Assembly: GCA_963652075.1 (NCBI GenBank)
Contig: CAVJRQ010000089.1
Location: 337 to 64,336, forward strand
DNA: 64,000 nt
From: Acutalibacteraceae bacterium
Lineage (GTDB): Bacteria; Bacteroidota; Bacteroidia; Bacteroidales; Bacteroidaceae
Direction: 5' to 3'
Part shown: positions 19,180 to 26,560 of the stretch, in pieces
Layout: the number at the start of each line of letters is the position of its first letter
How positions within the stretch are numbered: position 1 is the stretch's first letter
Notes under the pieces: generated by a model
What the model was told of the DNA's origin: nothing
Databases searched by the model: none
Seen by the model: only the letters and a program-made list of their open reading frames with translations
Translations under genes and position numbers: made by a program

Positions 19180-20454
19180 ATGAAAGATTATAAAAAAAGA
19201 ATAGCAGACAAACTATTGGAATATAGGCTTGAAGAAGTAGGCGCAGTACTCATAGAAGGGCCAAAGTGGTGCGGAAAGACGACCTCTGCCGAGCAACAAG
19301 CCAAGAGTGTGCTATATATGGCAGACCCGGACAACCAAAAGAACTATCTGGAAATGGCTGAACTTGGGATAAAAATGCTCCTCAAAGGAGATAATCCCCG
19401 ATTGATAGACGAGTGGCAGATAATCCCCCAGATTTGGGATGCCATCAGATTTGAAGTTGACCACCGAGGCAAAGAAGGGCTATTTATCCTAACCGGTTCG
19501 GCCGTTCCGGCATCGACAGAAAGAATCCACCACACAGGTACCGGACGATTCGCATGGATTACGATGCGCCCTATGTCGCTATGGGAATCCGGAGAATCCA
19601 CTGGCGAAGTAAGCATCAGCCGACTTTTCAAAGGGGATGCAGATATTGAGGGCTATAACAAACTCAATATTGAAGATATCGCTTTCCTTGTATGTCGCGG
19701 TGGATGGCCCAGTGCCACGACCAAAAGCAAACGTGCCGCCTTACGGCAAGCATACGACTACCATGACGCTGTCGTAAAAACCGACATTTCAAGAGTAGAT
19801 GAAGTAACAAGAAGCAGCGAGCGTACCAAACTACTGTTACGTTCGTACGCTCGGGCACAAGGCGGTCAAGTGAGCATCGAAGCCATTAGACAAGACATGA
19901 TAAACAATGACGATGAGAGTCTGGCCGAAAGAACCGTTATGAGTTACATCGGTGCTCTCAAGAAGATTTTCGTCATCGAAGACATGCCTGCATGGAATCC
20001 CAACCTACGCAGTAAAACCGCCATCCGCACAGCCGAGACCCGATATTTTGTAGACCCGTCCATTGCAGTAGCCGCTTTAGGCTTAGGCCCAGACGACCTC
20101 ATCAACGACTTGGAAACTTTCGGGTTGCTCTTTGAAACCCTCTGTGTCCGTGACCTTCGCGTATACGCCGATGCGATAGACGGCAATGTCTATCATTACC
20201 GCGACAAGAACGGTTTGGAATGCGATGCCGTGCTACATCTTCGCAACGGCTCTTATGGTCTCGTCGAAATCAAATTGGGCGGCGCACCAGCCATCGAGAA
20301 AGGGGCTTCTACCCTAACCAGTCTCGCCTCAAAGATAGATACCACCAAGATGAAGGCTCCCGCTTTCATGATGGTACTCACCGCCATTGGCAACTACGCC
20401 TATCGGCGCAAAGACGGAGTATACGTTGTACCTGTCGGTTGTTTGAAGGACTGA
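19180..20454 (+). CDS. COG1373-type AAA+ ATPase with C-terminal DUF4143 / PD-(D/E)xK-like domain
   Basis: Walker A GPKWCGKTT, Walker B RLIDEWQ, C-terminal GLECDAVLHLRNGSYGLVEIKLG (D ... ExK pattern). The start is taken at MKDYKK. Confidence 0.8.
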   Translation: MKDYKKRIADKLLEYRLEEVGAVLIEGPKWCGKTTSAEQQAKSVLYMADPDNQKNYLEMAELGIKMLLKGDNPRLIDEWQIIPQIWDAIRFEVDHRGKEGLFILTGSAVPASTERIHHTGTGRFAWITMRPMSLWESGESTGEVSISRLFKGDADIEGYNKLNIEDIAFLVCRGGWPSATTKSKRAALRQAYDYHDAVVKTDISRVDEVTRSSERTKLLLRSYARAQGGQVSIEAIRQDMINNDDESLAERTVMSYIGALKKIFVIEDMPAWNPNLRSKTAIRTAETRYFVDPSIAVAALGLGPDDLINDLETFGLLFETLCVRDLRVYADAIDGNVYHYRDKNGLECDAVLHLRNGSYGLVEIKLGGAPAIEKGASTLTSLASKIDTTKMKAPAFMMVLTAIGNYAYRRKDGVYVVPVGCLKD

Positions 20455-20482
20455 TATCCCCCATTGGAAGTTCGTTCATAAA
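20381..20482 (+). repeat. Left copy of ~100-bp direct repeat (3' end of the ATPase gene plus ~30 nt downstream)
   Basis: The 74 nt at 20381-20454 differ at only 2 positions from 23330-23403. Homology (cattggaa.t..gttc..aaa) decays after the stop codon. Confidence 0.9.
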
Positions 20483-20522
20483 TGACAAGCAATAGGTATG
20501 CACCATTTCGCAATATTATTCG

Positions 20523-20530
20523 TATTTTTG
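20523..20530 (+). promoter_or_regulatory. -7 box TATTTTTG for sulfatase-anSME
   Basis: TAnnTTTG match 24 nt upstream of ATG 20554. Confidence 0.5.
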
Positions 20531-20553
20531 CAAGCAATCAACAAAAATACAAT

Positions 20554-21993
20554 ATGGACAAGAAACTACTCTACTGTACAGGCTTATTGGCCGTTGCCTT
20601 ACCAGGTCAGGCTGCCACAGAAGCCCATGCTGCCGACAAGCAAAAGGCGACCCCCGACCGCCCAAACATCATATTTATCCTTGCCGACGACCTCGGACTG
20701 GGCGACCTGTCATGCTATGGCAGCCAGTGTATCAAGACACCAAACATCGACAAGCTGGCCGAAACGGGTACCCGGTTCACGAATAGCTATGCAGGCTCCG
20801 GCATCAGTTCGCCATCACGCTGCTCACTCATCACCGGCAAGAACACAGGTAATACCACCATCCGTGACAATACCTGCACCGCCGGAGGACTGACGGGGTA
20901 CAAGATTAATCCCAATGGCGACACCACCATCGTGAGAAGAGCCAACATTCTTCCAACAGATACCACCATCGCCACCGTCCTGAAGACAGCAGGCTACAAG
21001 ACCTGTCTTGTCAACAAGTGGCACTTGGACGGTTACGACCCTAAGGCATCCCCCATCTACAGAGGCTTCGACGAGTTCCACGGTTGGTTAATCAGTACCG
21101 TAGAGTCAAACTCACCTTATTATTACCCATACAACCGATTCGAGAACGACAAACTCATCCACATCGAGGCGAATGAGCACGACAAGCACGTGCGTCATAA
21201 CACCGACATATCCACCGATGATGCCATCGGCTTCATCAAGCGCAACCGGAACAATCCTTTCTTCCTCTATCTCGCCTTTGATGCACCCCACGAGCCATAC
21301 ATTATCGACAACACCTCTTGGTACGACGATGAGTCGTGGGACATGAACGACAAGCGATACGCCTCGCTCGTTACCCATATGGACGCAGCCATCGGAAGAC
21401 TTCTGAAAGTATTGGATGAGTTGAAACTCCGTGAAAATACCCTAATCATCTTCGCTTCCGACAATGGCGCCGCCGTGCAAGCTCCCCTGAAACTCTTCAA
21501 CTGCAACGCAGGCTTCCGTGGTCGCAAAGCACAACTCTACGAGGGCGGAATCCGTGTACCTTTCATCGTCAACCAACCCAACAAGGTACCCGTGCAGAGC
21601 TTGGACAACATCATCTACTTCCCCGACGTGATGCCTACCCTCGCAGCCCTCACCGGTTCAGAAGGGGCATTGCCACAGGGATATAACGGCATCAACATAC
21701 TGCCACTCTTCTATGGCAAGCAGAACTACCAAGACGGCAAGCCGGTAAATACCGACAACCGGCTCTTGTACTGGGAATTTCCAGGCAAACAGCGTGCGGC
21801 ACGCAAGGGCGACTGGAAGTGCGTAACCATCCAGAAGGATGCACCCCTCGAACTATACAACTTGAAGGAAGACCCTACCGAAAGCCACAATCTCGCCAAA
21901 GAGTATCCCGAGATGGTGGAACAATTCGACAAGGAGATGAGAGCGGCACGCAAACCGTCGCCCAACTGGCCTCTCCCCGATGACAACAAGTAA
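20554..21993 (+). CDS. Sulfatase (arylsulfatase family), Ser-type formylglycine motif
   Basis: Signal peptide, PNIIFILADDLGLGD, and the motif SSPSRCSLITGK (S-x-P-x-R, i.e. Ser rather than Cys at the FGly position). Confidence 0.85.
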   Translation: MDKKLLYCTGLLAVALPGQAATEAHAADKQKATPDRPNIIFILADDLGLGDLSCYGSQCIKTPNIDKLAETGTRFTNSYAGSGISSPSRCSLITGKNTGNTTIRDNTCTAGGLTGYKINPNGDTTIVRRANILPTDTTIATVLKTAGYKTCLVNKWHLDGYDPKASPIYRGFDEFHGWLISTVESNSPYYYPYNRFENDKLIHIEANEHDKHVRHNTDISTDDAIGFIKRNRNNPFFLYLAFDAPHEPYIIDNTSWYDDESWDMNDKRYASLVTHMDAAIGRLLKVLDELKLRENTLIIFASDNGAAVQAPLKLFNCNAGFRGRKAQLYEGGIRVPFIVNQPNKVPVQSLDNIIYFPDVMPTLAALTGSEGALPQGYNGINILPLFYGKQNYQDGKPVNTDNRLLYWEFPGKQRAARKGDWKCVTIQKDAPLELYNLKEDPTESHNLAKEYPEMVEQFDKEMRAARKPSPNWPLPDDNK

Positions 21994-22002
21994 AGAAGGT
22001 AT

Positions 22003-23202
22003 ATGGCCGACCAAGACTTCGCGCGCCCCTTCTCCAGGCCACTCTACGTGATGCTGAAACCAACAGGAGCCAGCTGTAACCTTGCCTGCAAGTACTGCTA
22101 CTATCTGGAAAAAGCGGATTTATACGCCAAGGGCTTCATGGACGAAAAGCTGTTGGAGCATTTCACCAAGGAGTATATCGAGATGCAAACCGTGCCGCAA
22201 GTACTCTTCACCTGGCATGGAGGCGAGCCGCTTCTGCTGCCCGTCTCCTATTACGAGAAAGCACTGGAGTTTCAACGGAAATATGGCAGGGGAAGAGAGA
22301 TAGACAATGTCATCCAAACCAACGGTACACTGCTCACCGACGAGTGGTGCGAGTTTCTGAAGAAGAACCGTTTTCTTGTGGGCATCTCCATAGATGGCCC
22401 ACAAGAATACCATGACCGTTATCGCCAAAACAAACAAGGCTTGCCTTCATGGCAAAAGGTGATGGATGGAATCCACCTGCTCAACAAGCACGGCGTGGAA
22501 TGGAACGGAATGGCCACGGTAAATGCCTACAACGTAAAACACCCCCTGGAGTTCTATCACTTCTTCAAGGAGATTGGCTGTAAATACATCCAGTTTGCCC
22601 CCATCGTGGAACGGAAATATCAGACACATCTCTCCCACTTGTTGGATGCACACCACTCCTTACTGACAGAGGAGAGCATCACTCCCGAGGACTGGGGCAA
22701 CTTTCTCTGCACCATCTTCGACGAATGGGTACGCCACGACGTGGGCGAATATTTCGTGGAAATCTTCGACAGCATCCTATCCAACTGGGTGGGAGAAGCA
22801 CCAGGCATCTGCATTTTCGGAAAAGAATGCGCCAATGTCGGCGTGATGGAGAAGAATGGCGACGTATACTCATGCGACCATTTCGTTTTCCCCGAGTTCA
22901 AGTTAGGGAACATCAAAGAAGACTCATTGGTCTCCTTGTTCTATGGCAAAAAACAACAAAAATTCGCACAGTTGAAGTCCCGCAGTTTACCCCAACAATG
23001 TCGAGAGTGCAACTTTCTTTTCGCCTGTCACGGCGAATGTCCCAAGAACCGTTTTGCCAATGACAGATACGGAAATCCAGGGCTCAACTACCTCTGCGAA
23101 GGCTATCGTCACTTCTTTGAGCATGTAGCTCCCTATATGGAATGGATGAAGAATGAATATCTGGCAGGCGGTGCGCCTGCCAACATCATGAAAGTTCTAT
23201 AA
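22003..23202 (+). CDS. Anaerobic sulfatase-maturating enzyme (radical SAM, SPASM)
   Basis: CNLACKYCY radical-SAM cluster motif near the N-terminus, C-terminal Cys-rich SPASM region (CRECNFLFACHGECPKNR), 399 aa, directly downstream of the sulfatase. Confidence 0.88.
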   Translation: MADQDFARPFSRPLYVMLKPTGASCNLACKYCYYLEKADLYAKGFMDEKLLEHFTKEYIEMQTVPQVLFTWHGGEPLLLPVSYYEKALEFQRKYGRGREIDNVIQTNGTLLTDEWCEFLKKNRFLVGISIDGPQEYHDRYRQNKQGLPSWQKVMDGIHLLNKHGVEWNGMATVNAYNVKHPLEFYHFFKEIGCKYIQFAPIVERKYQTHLSHLLDAHHSLLTEESITPEDWGNFLCTIFDEWVRHDVGEYFVEIFDSILSNWVGEAPGICIFGKECANVGVMEKNGDVYSCDHFVFPEFKLGNIKEDSLVSLFYGKKQQKFAQLKSRSLPQQCRECNFLFACHGECPKNRFANDRYGNPGLNYLCEGYRHFFEHVAPYMEWMKNEYLAGGAPANIMKVL

Positions 23203-23265
23203 TCCTTTGTAACTTCACGGAACAAAGATTACACGGGCAAAGGCAAAGAGTGGCATTCCGAAACA

Positions 23266-23329
23266 CAGCCAAACGTTGCAACAAAACCCGTCCAAACGCT
23301 GCAACGAAATACGACCAAACGTTGCAACG
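23266..23329. repeat. Tandem array A2: 3 units of the same 23-bp repeat as A1
   Basis: Units start at 23266/23289/23312: cagccaaacgttgcaacaaaacc, cgtccaaacgctgcaacgaaata, cgaccaaacgttgcaacg. The last unit runs straight into the gene remnant. Confidence 0.92.
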
Positions 23330-23403
23330 CCGCCATTGGCAACTACGCCTATCGGCGCAAGGACGGAGTATACGTTGTACCTGTCGGTTGTTTGAAGAAC
23401 TGA
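23330..23403 (+). pseudogene. Remnant of the COG1373 ATPase gene (last 23 codons + stop), right copy of the direct repeat
   Basis: Encodes AIGNYAYRRKDGVYVVPVGCLKN*, versus AIGNYAYRRKDGVYVVPVGCLKD* at the end of 19180-20454. There is no start codon and no upstream coding sequence. Confidence 0.9.
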
Positions 23404-23470
23404 AATTCTTCATTGGAACTCTGTTCGGAAACCGTTGATACAGTGTAAGAAAGCCCTTGCATTGATTGAA

Positions 23471-23580
23471 TGACAATTGTCAGCAAGGTGAATGACAATT
23501 GTCAGAAACGTTTACGACAATTGTCAGCAACATGGATGACAACTGTCAGCAACCTTTACGACAGTTGTCAAAACAGCTTG
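23471..23580. repeat. Tandem array B: 5 x 22-bp units, core palindrome TGACAATTGTCA
   Basis: Cores at 23471, 23493, 23515, 23537, 23559 (tgacaattgtca x2, cgacaattgtca, tgacaactgtca, cgacagttgtca). Unit 5 contains the nrdG stop codon. Confidence 0.95.
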
Positions 23581-24020
23581 ATGGCCGTAAGCTTACCATC
23601 ATGTATCTGGTAGAGTCGCTGATTGGTGGTAGGGGATTTGAGTCCTCCCAGACGTTGGATGTAAGGACCGAGTTTGAGGTAATCAAGCCATGCGGCATCG
23701 TAACCATCCGGAAGAACGGAACGTCCGGAATACCATGCGGTCTTGAGGTCAGAGAACCGCTCACGAAGGAGAAGAGAGAGGCGACGCACCTCGTCCGGCT
23801 CACCGTCACCTCCCATAAAACAGACGCAAGTGACAGCAGGGACATAGGTACGGACAAGGTCTGTCAAGAAACCGTCCGTGACAGCCTCTCCCTTGTCCTC
23901 CCACAGCCAAGGGCTATGGCAGCCCTGGCAATGGATGGGACAGTTGGAGATGTTGAGCGCCAACGTCACTTCGTCCGGGATTTCCTGACAGACGATGTCG
24001 TAACTATAACATTTCAGCAT
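23568..24020 (-). CDS. nrdG: Anaerobic ribonucleoside-triphosphate reductase activating protein
   Basis: 150 aa. Radical-SAM cluster CPIHCQGCHSP. Overlaps the nrdD stop by 7 nt. Confidence 0.88.
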   Translation of the reverse strand: MLKCYSYDIVCQEIPDEVTLALNISNCPIHCQGCHSPWLWEDKGEAVTDGFLTDLVRTYVPAVTCVCFMGGDGEPDEVRRLSLLLRERFSDLKTAWYSGRSVLPDGYDAAWLDYLKLGPYIQRLGGLKSPTTNQRLYQIHDGKLTAIKLF

Positions 24021-26122
24021 TTTATCTCTCCGTGTTCCTTTGCGTAATAGCGACGGGCCGCTTCTTGTTGACGGGCCGCGGAGAAGTTGCTGACACGTTT
24101 CATGTATCCGATGATACGCGTCAAGTAGTCCAGATTCTCACTGCCACACTTAGGACATTTATGCAGATAGTGCTTCGTAATGTGTCCGCAGTCGTTGCAG
24201 ACGGTGTTGGGGATGTTGAAGGTGAAGTAGTTGCAACCCTCCACCGCAGCCACGCGCAGCAACTGACGATATTGTTTTTTGGAGAGGTGCTCCGCCAGGT
24301 TGAGGTGAAGCGCGGAACCTCCCGTCAGGTGTTCGATGTACTTGCGACCATGCAGGCGGAACTTGTCGATGATATTCTTCGAGTGGTCCTCTACAATATA
24401 GAAATAGCTGTTGTAGCAATCGCGCGGCACCACGTAACCGTCCTCCTTGTCCCACTTGGCGTGCTTCACTCCCACGTTCTCCGCAGGAATCATCTCGCAG
24501 TTGAACAAGGTATCCTTGGTACGGTAGCGTTTGTTGTACTCTTCCACCAGGCCAAGTACCTGTTGCACATACTCCACGTACTTGGGATTGTCGCTAATCT
24601 CGATACCCAGGAATTCGGCGGACTCCACCAGACCGTTGATACCCACCGTGAGGTATTGGCGGCCGATGTTGATATAGCCGGCATCGAACAGAGGCAACAT
24701 GCCGTTGCGCTGCAGGTTCTTCAGGTTTTCGTCGTAGGCGAGCTGCACTTTATGCACGAGGTCTACCACCTCTGTCAGGAACGACATGTAATCCATGCCG
24801 TTGTTAACGGCGTATTGCACGCAGCGGTTGAGGTTGATGGTGAGCACGCTCTTCGAGCCCGTGGAGACACCGCCGGCACCCAACGTGTAGCTGAACCCAT
24901 TGTCCTGTATCTCGTTACGCAAGCGGCAGCAGGATGCCAACGAGTCGGCGTTGTCGCTCATGTAGGTAAAGAAGCTATGTCCCTCGGCATACATCTCCGC
25001 GGTGAAATCACCCCATTCTTCGTCCTTCACGTCATTGTTTTCAGTGAGCAGCGCCATGGTCTCTACGGGGAAGGTCAACGGAGTCTTCAGTCGCTCGGCG
25101 TTGAACCACTTCATGAAGCGCTTCTGCAACCAGGAAAGGGAGTCCCATTCAGGCTTCTCCCCGTCGGGGAAGACAAACTCGCCGAAGAGGCTCTCAAAGT
25201 AAGGTCTGTCGTAGTAGGAGATATTCCAGAACACCGCCTGAAAGTTACGCGCCCCCGTAGGTTGGTTGATGGAATAGACAATCTGCTCGAAACAGTCGGT
25301 GATAACCTTGTCGATGGTGCGGTGTTTCAGGGAGAGGTCTACCACCTCGTCCGCCCGTTTATAATAATCCTTACCGTACTCCTTACCGATGAAGTAGTTC
25401 ATGTACATAAGGAATTCGGGAGTGGCGCAGGCACCGCTCAACATACTGGAGACGATGAACACCAGATTGACGAAGCCGCCGCAAAAAGACTTCAGGTTGG
25501 TAGGTTTGGAGGAGTTTCCGCCCACGGAGAGTGTTCCGTTGAGCAACCATGGATACATGGTGATGCTGGCGCAATAGTTGGCCAAACTGGTCTCGTCGTT
25601 TTTGTAGACGAAGTGGTTGTTGAGCATACGGATGTATTTGTCGGAGAACTCCTTGCCATACATCTCCTTCATGCGGTCAGTGAGCAAACGCCGGTTAAGA
25701 CGGATGAAGCCGGACTTGGGCAACTCGCCTATCAACGTGGCGATGTTCTTGCGCTCCACGTTGGCGTTGGAGTCATACTTACTGCCCGTAGCGGGATTCT
25801 CTGCCCGGCAGTAGCTTATCAGAAAGTCGAGACGATCACGCACCTCGCGATCCTCGGTATGACTTTGGCGATAGAGCATGTAGGACTTTGCCACGGCGAA
25901 ATAACGTTCAGACATCAGTGCCGCCTCCACCTGATTCTGTATCTCTTCCACACTCATCCCGTTGGTTATACGCAAATGGGACAGGATATTCGTCAAATCT
26001 TCCTCGGTAGCGAATGCTCCCACGGACAAGAAAGCCTTGCGTATGGCATTCTTGATCTTCTCAACAGAAAACAGTCTGCGTTTCCCGTCGCGCTTCACAA
26101 TAATCGTTTCCGCACTACTCAT
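24014..26122 (-). CDS. nrdD: Anaerobic ribonucleoside-triphosphate reductase
   Basis: 702 aa. N-terminal ATP-cone, C-terminal Zn ribbon CNDCGH...CPKCGS and glycyl-radical region TRIIGYMKRV. Confidence 0.93.
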   Translation of the reverse strand: MSSAETIIVKRDGKRRLFSVEKIKNAIRKAFLSVGAFATEEDLTNILSHLRITNGMSVEEIQNQVEAALMSERYFAVAKSYMLYRQSHTEDREVRDRLDFLISYCRAENPATGSKYDSNANVERKNIATLIGELPKSGFIRLNRRLLTDRMKEMYGKEFSDKYIRMLNNHFVYKNDETSLANYCASITMYPWLLNGTLSVGGNSSKPTNLKSFCGGFVNLVFIVSSMLSGACATPEFLMYMNYFIGKEYGKDYYKRADEVVDLSLKHRTIDKVITDCFEQIVYSINQPTGARNFQAVFWNISYYDRPYFESLFGEFVFPDGEKPEWDSLSWLQKRFMKWFNAERLKTPLTFPVETMALLTENNDVKDEEWGDFTAEMYAEGHSFFTYMSDNADSLASCCRLRNEIQDNGFSYTLGAGGVSTGSKSVLTINLNRCVQYAVNNGMDYMSFLTEVVDLVHKVQLAYDENLKNLQRNGMLPLFDAGYINIGRQYLTVGINGLVESAEFLGIEISDNPKYVEYVQQVLGLVEEYNKRYRTKDTLFNCEMIPAENVGVKHAKWDKEDGYVVPRDCYNSYFYIVEDHSKNIIDKFRLHGRKYIEHLTGGSALHLNLAEHLSKKQYRQLLRVAAVEGCNYFTFNIPNTVCNDCGHITKHYLHKCPKCGSENLDYLTRIIGYMKRVSNFSAARQQEAARRYYAKEHGEIKC

Positions 26123-26235
26123 AATCGTTGTTTTTTGCTAACTGTGCTTATTATTAATCGTTATATATTTCGGTGTCATGCAACAAGGTTTGCCATCGAA
26201 CGAACCTGCGGAGGGGTATCTCCGCTCTTGCCCGG

Positions 26236-26243
26236 CAAAGATA
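26236..26243 (-). promoter_or_regulatory. -7 box TATCTTTG for nrdDG (implies a ~100-nt leader)
   Basis: Reverse complement of caaagata, 114 nt upstream of ATG 26122. Confidence 0.4.
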
Positions 26244-26476
26244 ACAAGGCTTTATAAAATGCCAAACGAGTAATGCGAATTTATTCAACCCACAAAGTGA
26301 TTTAGAAAATAAAGTTGTCCAAAACCGGCTATGCTACATCTGTATATCAATATATTACGAAGACGTACAAATGAAAAAGTTTTCCAAAACGAAAACTCTT
26401 TCCAAATTACAGGAGCACAAAAGACAAGATTATCACCTCACTGACAGCCCTTAGCAGAAAGGCTTTCCGATGTGTT

Positions 26477-26494
26477 TGTAACAGGATTGTAACA
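26477..26494 (+). promoter_or_regulatory. Candidate Pho box: TGTAACA-ggat-TGTAACA (7-bp direct repeats, 11-bp phasing)
   Basis: A perfect 7-mer duplicated with a 4-nt spacer. It ends 32 nt upstream of a -7-like box GACCTTTG (26526-26533) and 67 nt upstream of the phosphate transporter ATG. Confidence 0.45.
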
Positions 26495-26560
26495 CCTATG
26501 ACACTACATTATAACATGGCCTACCGACCTTTGCGGCCATAATAACTAACGCTACAACAA

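Noticed and set aside
23250-24047. ORFs 23250-23438 (62 aa) and 23499-24047 (182 aa) running through arrays A2 and B.
   Set aside because: The first reads the repeat array and the ATPase remnant out of frame. The second starts inside array B and is antisense to nrdG. Repetitive or antisense translation is the simpler explanation.
24032-26257. A 741-aa ORF on the plus strand, longer than nrdD itself.
   Set aside because: It is the exact antisense shadow of nrdD, whose ATP-cone, Zn-ribbon and glycyl-radical motifs are unmistakable. The antisense translation is low-complexity (V/L/H/G/A-rich) with no recognisable motif. Long stop-free antisense frames are expected when the sense strand rarely uses TTA/CTA/TCA codons.
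26371-26454. A 27-codon ORF (MKKFSKTKTLSKLQEHKRQDYHLTDSP) in the AT-rich nrdD/PiT intergenic region.
   Set aside because: It has no promoter box in a suitable position and no hydrophobic or Cys pattern, and it sits in a divergent promoter region. I cannot support it without conservation or ribosome-profiling data.
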